A program made the position numbers and the translations under genes. The notes under the pieces were generated by a model. That model was given only the letters and a program-made list of their open reading frames with translations, was not told the DNA's origin and ran no database searches. From a bacterium (lineage in GTDB: Bacteria; Patescibacteriota; Minisyncoccia; Minisyncoccales; CG1-02-41-26), in assembly GCA_030616605.1 (NCBI GenBank), contig JAUWWY010000001.1, forward strand, positions 4,251 through 68,250: a DNA stretch of 64,000 nt, in the 5' to 3' direction. Below, in pieces: positions 17,386 through 27,486 of the stretch. Position 1 is the first letter of the stretch. Every line of letters starts with the position of its first letter.

Positions 17386-19053
17386 ATGACTAAAGATTAT
17401 TCAATCTTAATAGGGGGTCAAGCCGGACAGGGTTCTCGCTATGCTGGAATTATAATTGCTAAATTATTTTCAAGCTTTGGCTATAGAATTTTTATTTATA
17501 ATGATTATCCCTCATTAATTCGAGGGGGTCATAATTTTTCCCAGATTAGAGCCTCAGCTAAAAAGGTTCTGACCCACCGGGAAAAGATAGATTTTATTTT
17601 AGCTCTGGACGAAAATACTATTAAAAAACATCAGAAGAGCTTAGACAAAAACGGAATAGTTATTTACAACAAAGATAAAATTTCTGCTCCTGGTAAAAAA
17701 GGAAAAGATGCCAAAGGCATACCAATAACAACAATTGTTAAAAAAGCTGGTGGAATTCCAATAATGGAAAATGTTGCTCTTGTTGCCAGTTTTGCCAAAA
17801 TCATTGGAATTGACTGGAAAACTTTAGAAAAAGTTTTTAAAAAAGAATTTAAAAAATTAAAAGAATTAAATCTAAAAGTGGCAAAAGCGGCTTTTGAAAA
17901 CAGCCAAAATTTATTTAAACTCAAAAAATTAAACCAAAAACCCTTTCCTCTTCTAACTGGCAATGAAGCAGTGGCTCTGGGGGCAGTTAAAGCTGGCTTG
18001 GATTTTTATATTGCTTATCCCATGACTCCAACAACCGGCATCCTTCATTTTTTGGCTAAAAAGAAAAAAGATTTCAATTTAGCGGTCGCCCAGCCGGAAA
18101 ACGAGATAGCAGTTGTAAATATGGCTATTGGGGCTGCTTACAGTGGAGCAAGAACTATGGTTGGAACTTCTGGAGGAGGTTTTGCTTTAATGACAGAAGG
18201 TTTTAGTTTGGCTGCCCAGAGCGAAATTCCTTTGGTAATTGTTGAGGGTCAAAGACCGGCTCCAGGGACCGGAGTTCCCACTTATTCTGCTCAGGGTGAT
18301 TTACTTTTCAGCGTAGCCGCTGGACACGGTGATATTTTAAGATTTGTTATTGCTCCCGGAGATGCTGAAGAGGCATTTTATTGGGCCGGAAAAATTTTGA
18401 ATCTTTCCTGGAAATATCAAAACCCCTCAATTTTATTGATAGATAAAGAAATTTGTGAGAGTACATTTAGTTTTAATCAGGATGTTTTAGCCAAGGTTAA
18501 ATATGAAAAACCCTTGTTCTGGAATAAAAAGGGCAGCTATCAGAGATATAAAAATACAAAAGATGGAATTTCACCCCTTGCTTTTCCCGGTCAAAAAGGA
18601 GTAATTTCAAAAGCTTGCAGTTATGAACATGATGAATTCGGAATTACAGTAGAGGATGGAGAAAGTGTTGAAAAAATGCAGAACAAAAGATTAAGAAAAT
18701 TCAGAAAAATGGAAATGGAAGTAGAAAAATTAGAGGCAGTTAAAGTTTACGGCAAGAAAACAGCAAAAAAAGCAATTATTTGCTGGGGTTCAACAAAAGG
18801 ACCAGCCAAAGAAGCAGCAGAAAAATTAGGTATTAAAATGATTCAACTTGTTATTATTGAACCATTTCCAGAAAAGCAGTTTAAAAAAGCTCTCAAGGGA
18901 GTTGAGAAATTGATTTTAGTGGAGACAAATGCTTTTGGTCAATTGGGAAAGATTTTAGCTTCTCATGGACAAAAGCTTGATTATAAGATTTTAAAATACA
19001 ATGCCAGACCGTTTTTAGCCGAAGAAATAGAAAAAAAAGTAAAGAGTTTTTGA
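17386..19053 (+). CDS. korA: 2-oxoacid:ferredoxin oxidoreductase alpha subunit (gamma fused)
   Basis: GGQAGQG, IRGGHN, YPMTP, TSGGGFALM. Confidence 0.92.
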   Translation: MTKDYSILIGGQAGQGSRYAGIIIAKLFSSFGYRIFIYNDYPSLIRGGHNFSQIRASAKKVLTHREKIDFILALDENTIKKHQKSLDKNGIVIYNKDKISAPGKKGKDAKGIPITTIVKKAGGIPIMENVALVASFAKIIGIDWKTLEKVFKKEFKKLKELNLKVAKAAFENSQNLFKLKKLNQKPFPLLTGNEAVALGAVKAGLDFYIAYPMTPTTGILHFLAKKKKDFNLAVAQPENEIAVVNMAIGAAYSGARTMVGTSGGGFALMTEGFSLAAQSEIPLVIVEGQRPAPGTGVPTYSAQGDLLFSVAAGHGDILRFVIAPGDAEEAFYWAGKILNLSWKYQNPSILLIDKEICESTFSFNQDVLAKVKYEKPLFWNKKGSYQRYKNTKDGISPLAFPGQKGVISKACSYEHDEFGITVEDGESVEKMQNKRLRKFRKMEMEVEKLEAVKVYGKKTAKKAIICWGSTKGPAKEAAEKLGIKMIQLVIIEPFPEKQFKKALKGVEKLILVETNAFGQLGKILASHGQKLDYKILKYNARPFLAEEIEKKVKSF

Positions 19054-19054
19054 T

Positions 19055-19894
19055 ATGGCTAAGAAAAATTTAAAATTAGATACTTATTCTCAAAATACCT
19101 GGTGTCCGGGATGTGGTAATTTCGGAATTTTAACTGCCTTTAAAGAGGTAATTGCTTCTTTAACAAAAAAGAAAATAGCTAAAGAGAACATAGTAATACT
19201 TAGTGGGATTGGCTGTCATGCAAAAATTGTTGACTATTTAAATCTGAATAGTTTTTATTCCCTCCATGGCAGACCTATTGCTACGGCTCAGGGAATAAAG
19301 CTAGGAAATCCAAATCTTAAGGTTATAGTATTTGCCGGCGATGGCGATACTTATGATGAGGGAATTTCCCATTTAATTCACGCCGCTAAAAGAAACATTG
19401 ATATTACTGTTTTAATTCATAACAATAGGAATTTTGCCTTAACTACCGGTCAATTTACTCCTACTTCTCCCAAGGGTTTTAAAGGGGGGTCTACTCCTGA
19501 AGGAAGTATTGAAGAGCCAATAAATCCTTTGAAATTAATGTTGGCTTCCAATGCGACCTTTATAGCCAGGGGTTATTCTCTAAAACCAGCTCATCTTAAA
19601 AAATTGATTATAGAAGGGATTGAACACAAGGGTTTTTCTTTTATTGATATTCTCCAGCCCTGTGTTTCATTTTTTGATACTTCTAAGCTTTATAACAAAA
19701 AAGTTTATGAGCTCAAAGCTCAGAATCTATTTTCGGAAAAACAAGCTTTAAAAAAAATTGAGCAATGGGAATACAAAAAAAACAACTCTAAGATTCCTAT
19801 TGGCATTTTTTATAAAATCCAAAAGTCGGCTTTTGAAAAACAATTACTCGGCAATTTGATTCCTTCTAAAAGAAAAAAACTTGACAGCGTATGA
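19055..19894 (+). CDS. korB: 2-oxoacid:ferredoxin oxidoreductase beta subunit
   Basis: WCPGCGNFG, SGIGC, GDGD TPP-binding motif. Confidence 0.92.
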   Translation: MAKKNLKLDTYSQNTWCPGCGNFGILTAFKEVIASLTKKKIAKENIVILSGIGCHAKIVDYLNLNSFYSLHGRPIATAQGIKLGNPNLKVIVFAGDGDTYDEGISHLIHAAKRNIDITVLIHNNRNFALTTGQFTPTSPKGFKGGSTPEGSIEEPINPLKLMLASNATFIARGYSLKPAHLKKLIIEGIEHKGFSFIDILQPCVSFFDTSKLYNKKVYELKAQNLFSEKQALKKIEQWEYKKNNSKIPIGIFYKIQKSAFEKQLLGNLIPSKRKKLDSV

Positions 19895-20457
19895 ATAAGA
19901 TATATTTTACAGATAAAATTCTGGCTGCTACGATTTTAAAATTATTTCCTGCCAGTATAACCCCAAACCAGATAACTATTTTTAGGTTTTTAACTATTCC
20001 TTTTCTAATTTGGTTTTTATATGTTGAGAAATATATTATTGCTGTTCCTCTTTTTATTATTTCAGCATTTTCAGATGCTTTAGATGGAGCTTTGGCTCGA
20101 ACTAAAAATAAGATTACTAATTGGGGAAAAATTTACGACCCTTTAGCTGACAAATTATTGATAATTACAACAGCTATTATTATTGTTCCAAAATATCTAA
20201 ATCCAATTTTAGTTGTCCTTATTGTCTTTTTTGAAGTTTTAATTGTTAGTAGTGTTTATTATAGAGAGAAATTTAAAAACATCACTATTCAAGTTACCTT
20301 TATAGCAAAAATGAAGATGCTTTTTCAGTCTCTGGGATTGACATGCCTTTTATTGGTCGGAATCTTTTCTCTACCTTTTTTAATTACTATCTCAGAATTC
20401 TTTTTATACGTTTCAATTGTTTTCGCCTTTGTTAGTTTCCTAAATTATAGTTTGTAA
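19891..20457 (+). CDS. CDP-alcohol phosphatidyltransferase (PgsA-like)
   Basis: DALDGALAR...GKIYDPLADK. Confidence 0.9.
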   Translation: MNKIYFTDKILAATILKLFPASITPNQITIFRFLTIPFLIWFLYVEKYIIAVPLFIISAFSDALDGALARTKNKITNWGKIYDPLADKLLIITTAIIIVPKYLNPILVVLIVFFEVLIVSSVYYREKFKNITIQVTFIAKMKMLFQSLGLTCLLLVGIFSLPFLITISEFFLYVSIVFAFVSFLNYSL

Positions 20458-20533
20458 ATAATATTCCACAGCAAGAATTTTGATTATAATTTTGATTATA
20501 GTTTTGATGATGATAGAATGAGATAATAATTTT

Positions 20534-22648
20534 ATGGAAAAATTTAAAATTGAAAAAATTAGAAAAAGAGATGGCAGTATCGTTGAGTTTGAAAAAGGAA
20601 AAATTACTAATGCCATATTTAAAGCCTTAACTGCCGCAAATCAGGGAGATGGCAAGAAAGCAAAGAAACTTTCTGATAGAGTAATTAAACTTTTAGTTCG
20701 GAGATTTAAGAAAGATGAAATTTTAACAATAGAACAAGTTCAGGATATTGTTGAAGAAGTTTTAATTTTAGAGGATTTGGTCGAAGCGGCCAAATCCTTT
20801 ATTTTATATAGAGAGCAAAGGAGAAAAATCAGAGAAATGGTAAAGTTTAGCGAAGAGGCTGTGGATAGAATTGATCAATATTTAGGAAAATTGGATTGGG
20901 AAGTTCGAGAAAATGCTAATATGGGTTTTTCTTTACAAGGATTAAACCGCTATGGGGTTTCTTATATTGTTAAAAAATATTGGCTTAATAAAATTTATTC
21001 CAAGGAAATTAGGGAGGCAAACAGCTCTGGAGATTTTCATCTTCATAATTTAGATACATTGGGACCTTATTGCGTTGGCTGGGACCTTTATGATCTTTTA
21101 GTAAAAGGATTTGGCGGCGTTCAAGGAAAAATAGAATCAAAGCCAGCCAAACATTTCAGAACAGCTTTAGGTCAGGTAATTAATTTCCTGTTTACCATTC
21201 AGGGCGAGGTAGCCGGGGCGATTGCCTTTTCAAACTTTGACACATTACTTGCTCCTTTTATTAGATACGATAGTTTGAATTATGACCAGGTAAAGCAATC
21301 TCTCCAGGAGTTTTTATTTAATATGGCTATTCCCACCCGGGTCGGTTTCCAATGTCCTTTTTCTAATATTACTTTAGACCTTAAACCCTCGCCGGCATTT
21401 GCAAAACAACCGGTAATTATTGGCGGTCAACCTCAAAAAGAAACCTATGCTGAGTTTGAAGAGGAAATGAAAATTTTTAATAAAGCTTTTTACGAAGTGA
21501 TGCTTGAGGGAGACAAAAGTGGCAGACCTTTTCATTTTCCTATTCCGACTATTAACATTACCAAGGATTTTCCCTGGGATGAGCCGGCTTTTAATCCGAT
21601 TTTTGAGGCTTCAGCGAAATACGGAACAAATTATTTTGCCAATTATATAAATTCTGAGATGAAACCAGAAGATGTTAGGAGTATGTGCTGTCGATTGAGG
21701 CTTGACTTAAACGAACTTTACAATCGGGGTGGGGGAGGATTGTTCGGTTCTGGGTCGCTGACCGGCAGTATCGGAGTGGTAACGATAAATATGTCCCGAA
21801 TTGGTTATTTATCAAAAACCAAAAAAGACTTTTTTAGGAGATTGGCTGGAATAATGGATTTGGCAAAAGAATCTTTGGAAATTAAAAGAAAAACCATAGA
21901 GAATTTTATTGAAAAAGGATTATATCCTTATTCAAATTTTTGTTTATCGGGAATTAAAAAAGCAAGGGGTAGCTATTATTCTAATCATTTTTCAACTATT
22001 GGCTTGGTAGGAATGAATGAATGTTTACTGAATTTTATAGAAGAGAATATGGGCTCAGAAAAAGGAAGAAGGTTTGCCCTGGAAATTATGGACTTTATGA
22101 GAGAGAAATTGGTTAAGTATCAGGAAGGAACAGGCAATTTATATAATTTAGAAGCAACGCCGGCTGAAGCGACCGCCTATCGCCTTGCCTTAAAAGACAA
22201 AGAAAAATATCCAGACATTATTAGTGCTGGGACAAAAGAGACGCCTTATTATACAAATTCAACAATGCTGCCGGTAAATTACACAGACGACGTTTTGAAA
22301 GCCTTGAAACTTCAGGATGATATCCAATGCAAGTATACTGGAGGTACTGTACTTCATCTCTTTTTAGGGGAACGGATTCCTGATACTGAAACAGTTAAAA
22401 GATTAATCAAGAAAATCTTTGGAAACTTTCATTTACCTTATATTACCCTTACTCCTACTTTTTCCATTTGTCCTACTCACGGCTATTTAGTAGGTGAGCA
22501 TTGGACTTGCCCTAAATGTACTATTGAGCAGCCCTGCGAGGTTTATTCACGGGTAGTCGGCTATTATCGTCCGGTTCAACACTACAATCTCGGAAAACAA
22601 GAGGAATTCAAACAAAGAGAAACGTTTAAAATTGCTCCAAAAGCATAA
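20534..22648 (+). CDS. nrdD: Class III anaerobic ribonucleoside-triphosphate reductase with ATP cone
   Basis: IRKRDG ATP cone; SMCCRL; C-terminal YSRVVGYY glycyl-radical motif. Confidence 0.93.
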   Translation: MEKFKIEKIRKRDGSIVEFEKGKITNAIFKALTAANQGDGKKAKKLSDRVIKLLVRRFKKDEILTIEQVQDIVEEVLILEDLVEAAKSFILYREQRRKIREMVKFSEEAVDRIDQYLGKLDWEVRENANMGFSLQGLNRYGVSYIVKKYWLNKIYSKEIREANSSGDFHLHNLDTLGPYCVGWDLYDLLVKGFGGVQGKIESKPAKHFRTALGQVINFLFTIQGEVAGAIAFSNFDTLLAPFIRYDSLNYDQVKQSLQEFLFNMAIPTRVGFQCPFSNITLDLKPSPAFAKQPVIIGGQPQKETYAEFEEEMKIFNKAFYEVMLEGDKSGRPFHFPIPTINITKDFPWDEPAFNPIFEASAKYGTNYFANYINSEMKPEDVRSMCCRLRLDLNELYNRGGGGLFGSGSLTGSIGVVTINMSRIGYLSKTKKDFFRRLAGIMDLAKESLEIKRKTIENFIEKGLYPYSNFCLSGIKKARGSYYSNHFSTIGLVGMNECLLNFIEENMGSEKGRRFALEIMDFMREKLVKYQEGTGNLYNLEATPAEATAYRLALKDKEKYPDIISAGTKETPYYTNSTMLPVNYTDDVLKALKLQDDIQCKYTGGTVLHLFLGERIPDTETVKRLIKKIFGNFHLPYITLTPTFSICPTHGYLVGEHWTCPKCTIEQPCEVYSRVVGYYRPVQHYNLGKQEEFKQRETFKIAPKA

Positions 22649-22658
22649 TTCAAGAATA

Positions 22659-23339
22659 ATGCAAATTGGTGGTCTCCAAAAATTAACCCTGATTGATTTT
22701 CCGGGCAAAATATCTTGCACGGTTTTTTGTCTTGGTTGTAATTTTCGCTGTTGCTATTGTTATAATCCAGAGCTGGTTTTGCCGGAGAAAATAAAAAAAC
22801 AACCCCGAATTCCTGAAAAAGATTTTTTTGATTTTTTAAAAGAGAGAAAAAAAATTTTGGAAGGAGTTTGTATCGGAGGAGGGGAACCAACCATAAATGA
22901 AGATTTACCGAATTTTGCTTGGAAAATAAAAACAATGGGCTACTCAGTAAAGCTTGACACTAATGGTTCCAAACCAGAGATGTTAAAAAAAATAATTGAT
23001 AGAAACCTGGTTGATTATGTAGCTATGGATATAAAAGCTCCTCTGGAAAAGTATTCAGAAGTAGTCAATAGGAAAATAGAGATAAAAGACATTGAAGAAA
23101 GCGTTGAGTTCTTAAAGCAAGGCAAAGTCGACTGCGAGTTCAGAACCACTATGGTTCCCGGTCTCGTTGAAGAAAAGGATGTTATAAAAATAGCTCGCTG
23201 GCTTGGACCAATTCCTAAATATAATTTACAGAATTTTAGGGCTGGAAAAACTATTGACCCTAAATTTGAAAAAGTAAAACCCTATTCTGAAGAATACATT
23301 ACAAAAATCTATGAAAAAATACATTCATTACTTAGTTAA
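22659..23339 (+). CDS. nrdG: Anaerobic RNR activating radical SAM protein
   Basis: CNFRCCYC, GGEP, LDTNGS; follows nrdD. Confidence 0.88.
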   Translation: MQIGGLQKLTLIDFPGKISCTVFCLGCNFRCCYCYNPELVLPEKIKKQPRIPEKDFFDFLKERKKILEGVCIGGGEPTINEDLPNFAWKIKTMGYSVKLDTNGSKPEMLKKIIDRNLVDYVAMDIKAPLEKYSEVVNRKIEIKDIEESVEFLKQGKVDCEFRTTMVPGLVEEKDVIKIARWLGPIPKYNLQNFRAGKTIDPKFEKVKPYSEEYITKIYEKIHSLLS

Positions 23340-23451
23340 CAAAGGAAGAAAAATTAGAAACTGGGGGTTAGCAAGCAGGATTGAGCATCGGAGAATTAAA
23401 GGAAATCAAAAAAAGAAAAAACCAAAAAGAAAATAGACCAGATTGCAATTA

Positions 23452-23481
23452 AAAAGCGCCGTAGTTTTCTACGACGCTTTT
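23452..23481. terminator. Bidirectional terminator
   Basis: AAAAGCG.CGTAG / CTACG.CGCTTTT. Confidence 0.75.
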
Positions 23482-23499
23482 ATGATGTTGTGGCGAAAG

Positions 23500-24207
23500 C
23501 TATGGTTGCTCTCGTTGTTCAGTAAGCATTTGTTGCTCTGTTGCGGTTCTGATGTTGAGCTTGGTGTTGTTGAACGTGACGAGTTGCACCAGGGGTTCAT
23601 TTGTTTTAAAGTATCCGACCTTGACGACGTCCAAAGGTTGGGATATTGGAAGCTCGGGTGAGATGTCGCTCGTCGCGACAAACACCCGGTCTGGCATGTT
23701 CTTGGAGTAGAGATGGTAGAGCGTTTTTGTACCTACAACCTCAGTGCTCACGCGGGTGAGTTCCAGGACAGCTGTTTCAAAGTTAGCTTCGTTCGTCAAT
23801 GCTACTGAAAGTCCGTCTGGGGAAGCCAGTGCCTGGTCGTCTACGGTATTGATTATTTCGCGGCAGCCATCAGTATGGAACATAGAACTTTCAGCAATCA
23901 GCTTGATAAGCATTATTGCCAGGAAGATGGCGTATATCATTCTATCGCGTGTGAATCGTTTTTTGATTAAACCGAGAAAGAGAGAGTTGGCGAGACCGGA
24001 GACAAGAATCGTGATTACGATTATAGGACCTCCGAACAGACCATAGAGGAACGGTAAGATGGCATAACCTATAAGGAGTGCCACAATCAGGTTGGCTATG
24101 AATGCAACGATGATACCACGAATTGGTATCCGGCTATGCGGATCTCCGAAATAGAGATAAGGAACTGTTCCACCTACAGCTATTAGAAAAGCATACAGAA
24201 TAAACAT
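23500..24207 (-). CDS. Hypothetical membrane protein (four N-terminal TM, soluble C-terminus)
   Basis: AAGGAGG SD; own promoter TTGACA-17-TAAAAT (24298-24303/24275-24280, minus). Confidence 0.75.
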   Translation of the reverse strand: MFILYAFLIAVGGTVPYLYFGDPHSRIPIRGIIVAFIANLIVALLIGYAILPFLYGLFGGPIIVITILVSGLANSLFLGLIKKRFTRDRMIYAIFLAIMLIKLIAESSMFHTDGCREIINTVDDQALASPDGLSVALTNEANFETAVLELTRVSTEVVGTKTLYHLYSKNMPDRVFVATSDISPELPISQPLDVVKVGYFKTNEPLVQLVTFNNTKLNIRTATEQQMLTEQREQP

Positions 24208-24312
24208 CTGAAATCCTCCTTGTTTATGTTATTAAGGTTCTACATGAAATAATTTGTTTTACACAAGTTTGTTTATTTTAGAACACTTTACTTCTTTTGT
24301 CAACTTGTAAGT

Positions 24313-24343
24313 AAAAACCCGAGATATTGCGTCTCGGGTTTTT
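24313..24343 (-). terminator. Intrinsic terminator
   Basis: AAAAACCCGAGA / TCTCGGGTTTTT. Confidence 0.85.
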
Positions 24344-24360
24344 AATTGAGTTTGTCAAAC

Positions 24361-24744
24361 CTAATCTTTGTCCATTAGGTCTTTTTGGATTTCAGAACAA
24401 GCTTCGCTGAGGAGTTCTTTAGTTCCCCTGACCAAAATGGCATAGTAGGAAGGTTCAGTTCGCGACTCAACCTTAACTGAAACCGAGAAGAACAGGTGGT
24501 CTGCCATTATCCGTGCTTCCTCGACTCTCAGACCCAAAAGGTAGGGTAAGACTCTACAGGAAATAGAGGACTCTGCCGGCCAATTGGCAGGATGGACTTG
24601 GACGTACTCGTTATCTTTGATTTCAAGTCTCAAACCAAGATTATGAGGTTTCCAACCTTCCACCCTAATCAGACAGGCCTCATCCAGGTGAGCTACAAAC
24701 TCACAGACAGCGTAAGTAAGCTTATCTATTGTTCTTTCATTCAT
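24361..24744 (-). CDS. Hypothetical protein
   Basis: AAGGAG SD; TTGACA-16-TATAAT promoter (24815-24820/24793-24798, minus); own terminator. Confidence 0.7.
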   Translation of the reverse strand: MNERTIDKLTYAVCEFVAHLDEACLIRVEGWKPHNLGLRLEIKDNEYVQVHPANWPAESSISCRVLPYLLGLRVEEARIMADHLFFSVSVKVESRTEPSYYAILVRGTKELLSEACSEIQKDLMDKD

Positions 24745-25026
24745 TTTTTTCTCCTTTTCCTTATTCTTTTTTTAACTTGAAATTCTGAAACTATTATAGC
24801 AGATTCTAAATATTTGTCAAATTTAAGAAAGACATTTACAAGGTCTCAAAAACCTGCCAAAATGAAAGTAGATATCCCAAAATGCCAATTTCCAAACAAA
24901 AAATTAAAGAAAACAAACAGGGGTTCTAAAATGAAACACAAAAATATACAAAAAATTAATCGCAATTTTATAATTGATAAAAAAGAATTTAATAAATTTT
25001 TAGATAAAATAAGCACAAAATAATTT

Positions 25027-26019
25027 ATGGATGAAAAAATAAGAGCAAAAAACAATAGGACAACCTTTGTTTCTGATAATGAGATTAGCGAACTGGAAAA
25101 AAGAGTAGTTCCAGCAAGTGAATTAAAGAATGATTTTTACAATAAAACCATTCACGGAAAACTTGAAGATGTTGCTCGTGAACTACCAGAAAATTTTATA
25201 GACCTTCTCTTTATAGACCCTCCATATAACTTAGATAAGAACTTCGGAAATAATAAGTTTACAAAAAAGGGAGATAAAGATTACGAAAGCATCTTTGAAA
25301 ATTGGCTACTTTTAATAATGCACACATTGAAAAAAACTGCTTCGGTATATGTGTGTTGTGATTGGAAGAGTTCTCCAATGATTTACAATGTTTTGGATAA
25401 ACATTTATCCGTGAGAAACAGAATAACTTGGGAAAGAGAAAAAGGTCGTGGAGCTTTAAGCAATTGGAAAAATTGTTCGGAAGATGTTTGGTTTGCAACG
25501 GTATCTGATAAGTATAGATTTAATGTTGATGACGTAAAACTTAAGAAAAAGGTCATTGCACCATACAAAGAAAACGGTATCGCAAAGGGTTGGTCCGAAG
25601 AAAAAAACGGAAAGTTCAGACTGACACATCCATCAAATCTATGGACTGACATTACAATACCTTTTTGGTCAATGCCTGAGAACACCGACCATCCAACTCA
25701 AAAACCTGAGAAATTAGTTGCAAAAATAATTTTAGCTTCAACCAAGAAAAATGATGTTGTTTTTGACCCATTCTTAGGTTCTGGTACCACATCTGTTGTT
25801 GCAAAAAAACTTGGAAGAAGATATGTAGGAATTGAAATGAATAAGGGATACTGCTATCTCACTGAAAAAAGGATTGGCATGATTGAAAAAGATCCCAACA
25901 TACAAGGATATTCAGATAGAGTTTTTTGGGAAAGAAATAGTTTGAACGAACAAAACAATTCAAATAATCATAAAAATAATTCAAATAACCATCAAGGAGT
26001 CATAAAAAAACTATTATGA
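25027..26019 (+). CDS. Site-specific amino-DNA methyltransferase (beta class, N6A/N4C)
   Basis: DPPY precedes HPTQKP and DPFLGSGTT. Confidence 0.93.
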   Translation: MDEKIRAKNNRTTFVSDNEISELEKRVVPASELKNDFYNKTIHGKLEDVARELPENFIDLLFIDPPYNLDKNFGNNKFTKKGDKDYESIFENWLLLIMHTLKKTASVYVCCDWKSSPMIYNVLDKHLSVRNRITWEREKGRGALSNWKNCSEDVWFATVSDKYRFNVDDVKLKKKVIAPYKENGIAKGWSEEKNGKFRLTHPSNLWTDITIPFWSMPENTDHPTQKPEKLVAKIILASTKKNDVVFDPFLGSGTTSVVAKKLGRRYVGIEMNKGYCYLTEKRIGMIEKDPNIQGYSDRVFWERNSLNEQNNSNNHKNNSNNHQGVIKKLL

Positions 26020-26681
26020 AAAAGAGTAAAATTTTTTATACAAATACTTATCTTAATCTTCAAAAGAAGATTGTTGCTTTTCTAAATAATCAGCAGAATT
26101 TTCTTTCAACAAGGACAGCGAGGAGTCCTCGTGCCGTCGGTGATGCAATTGAGAATATTTTAGTAGAAAACTTCGACAAAATTTTAGGGGATTTATGTAA
26201 AGAATATTCTTCATCTTTTGCAAGACGAGCAATGGCTGATTTGGCTTTTACAGACAAAGATGACTTTTATTATATAGTAGATGTAAAAACCCATCGTTTA
26301 GATACAAAGTTCAATATGCCGAATCTTACTTCTGTAGAGAGACTATCGAGATTTTATGAAGACGATTCAAATTATTTTGTGGTGTTGAAAATAGATTATA
26401 AGATCAAGGACACAAAGGCTATTATTAAAAAAGCAACTTTCGTTCCGATGGAATTTCTATCTTGGGAGTGTTTGACTATCGGAGCCTTAGGATGGGGACA
26501 GATACAGATTGCCAATGCAAATTTTGTTAAAGTTATTCCTCAATACAGTAGAAAAAAATGGATGTTAGAATTATGTGATAATTTATTTGAGTTTTACCCG
26601 AAAGAAATTGAAAAAATTAAGGATCGTGTTGACTACTTTAAGAAAGTTAAAACCTTTTGGAAAAAGAAAAAAGAATCATAA
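26016..26681 (+). CDS. Probable type II restriction endonuclease (PD-(D/E)xK)
   Basis: Translationally coupled to MTase (ATGA); ADL...VDVKT. Confidence 0.7.
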   Translation: MKKSKIFYTNTYLNLQKKIVAFLNNQQNFLSTRTARSPRAVGDAIENILVENFDKILGDLCKEYSSSFARRAMADLAFTDKDDFYYIVDVKTHRLDTKFNMPNLTSVERLSRFYEDDSNYFVVLKIDYKIKDTKAIIKKATFVPMEFLSWECLTIGALGWGQIQIANANFVKVIPQYSRKKWMLELCDNLFEFYPKEIEKIKDRVDYFKKVKTFWKKKKES

Positions 26682-26796
26682 ATAGGGGTTTAAAAATTTA
26701 GTATAATAAAGATAAGTTATCCACAGCGACTTCATTTTTATTTAGTGTTATAATAAGATTGAACGAGGTCTTTTAGCCAAAATATTTTAATATTTT

Positions 26797-27486
26797 ATGA
26801 CTGAAAAAACCTTCGTAAAAAAATTAGAAAATATTTTCATTACTGAAGGTTTTCTGACAAAAAAAGAAGTGGGGGTCGGTTACGGAGTGGCCGATTTGGT
26901 TCTTGTAAGAAAAGATAAATTTAATAAACAGAATTGTAGACTCCGCAAAAATTATGGCCAACTCACCAGACTTCTTCGAGAGGATTATTTCAAAATCTTT
27001 AAACATCTTCCAGATGAAAATAGCGGACACGACCCCGTTGATTTAGATTATTTAATAGAAAAAACTCATTTATCAAAATCTTTTCTAAAATATAATATTT
27101 TAAGGACGCTTGAGAAAAAAGAATACATCAAGAAGGAAAATGGGGATTTTTATTTTAGGGTGAATGGATGGATGCCCATAGCAAAAGAAATTATTGCTAT
27201 TGAGGCAAAAATGCGTAATTGGAAACGAGGTTTTGTCCAGGCGAATAGATATAGAGCATTTGCCGATAGGGTTTATCTTGCGTTTCCTATTGAAGTAGCT
27301 CATTTGGTGGATAAAAGATTACTGAAAAGACATAATGTAGGGCTCATTGTGTTTGATGCCCAGTTAAACAGAAAAAAAATAACCCTTCTTTCCAGAAGAG
27401 TGGAACCGCTTAGCGAATCTAAGAAAAATCTTGCGATGGAATTCTTTTGGGGACGCCAAATTTTACGGCAACTTACTTTGCTTTAA
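26797..27486 (+). CDS. PD-(D/E)xK nuclease-like protein with inserted HTH (Sce7726/MmcB-like)
   Basis: EV...GVADLV...IAIEAK...QA..Y...ADRVYLA; central HTH-like LDYLIEKTHLSKSFLK. Confidence 0.6.
   Translation: MTEKTFVKKLENIFITEGFLTKKEVGVGYGVADLVLVRKDKFNKQNCRLRKNYGQLTRLLREDYFKIFKHLPDENSGHDPVDLDYLIEKTHLSKSFLKYNILRTLEKKEYIKKENGDFYFRVNGWMPIAKEIIAIEAKMRNWKRGFVQANRYRAFADRVYLAFPIEVAHLVDKRLLKRHNVGLIVFDAQLNRKKITLLSRRVEPLSESKKNLAMEFFWGRQILRQLTLL

Noticed and set aside
20477..20500. TTTTGATTATA direct repeats upstream of nrdD as NrdR boxes
   Set aside because: Do not match the palindromic NrdR consensus; AT-rich and possibly chance
23340..23450. Possible gene remnant after nrdG
   Set aside because: Too short and A-rich to assign homology
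24814..25055. Short ORFs upstream of the methyltransferase as a controller (C) protein
   Set aside because: No HTH pattern recognisable; low-complexity K/N-rich sequence
26717..26725. DnaA box TTATCCACA as replication origin
   Set aside because: Single perfect box, with no cluster or dnaA/dnaN nearby; at most a regulatory site
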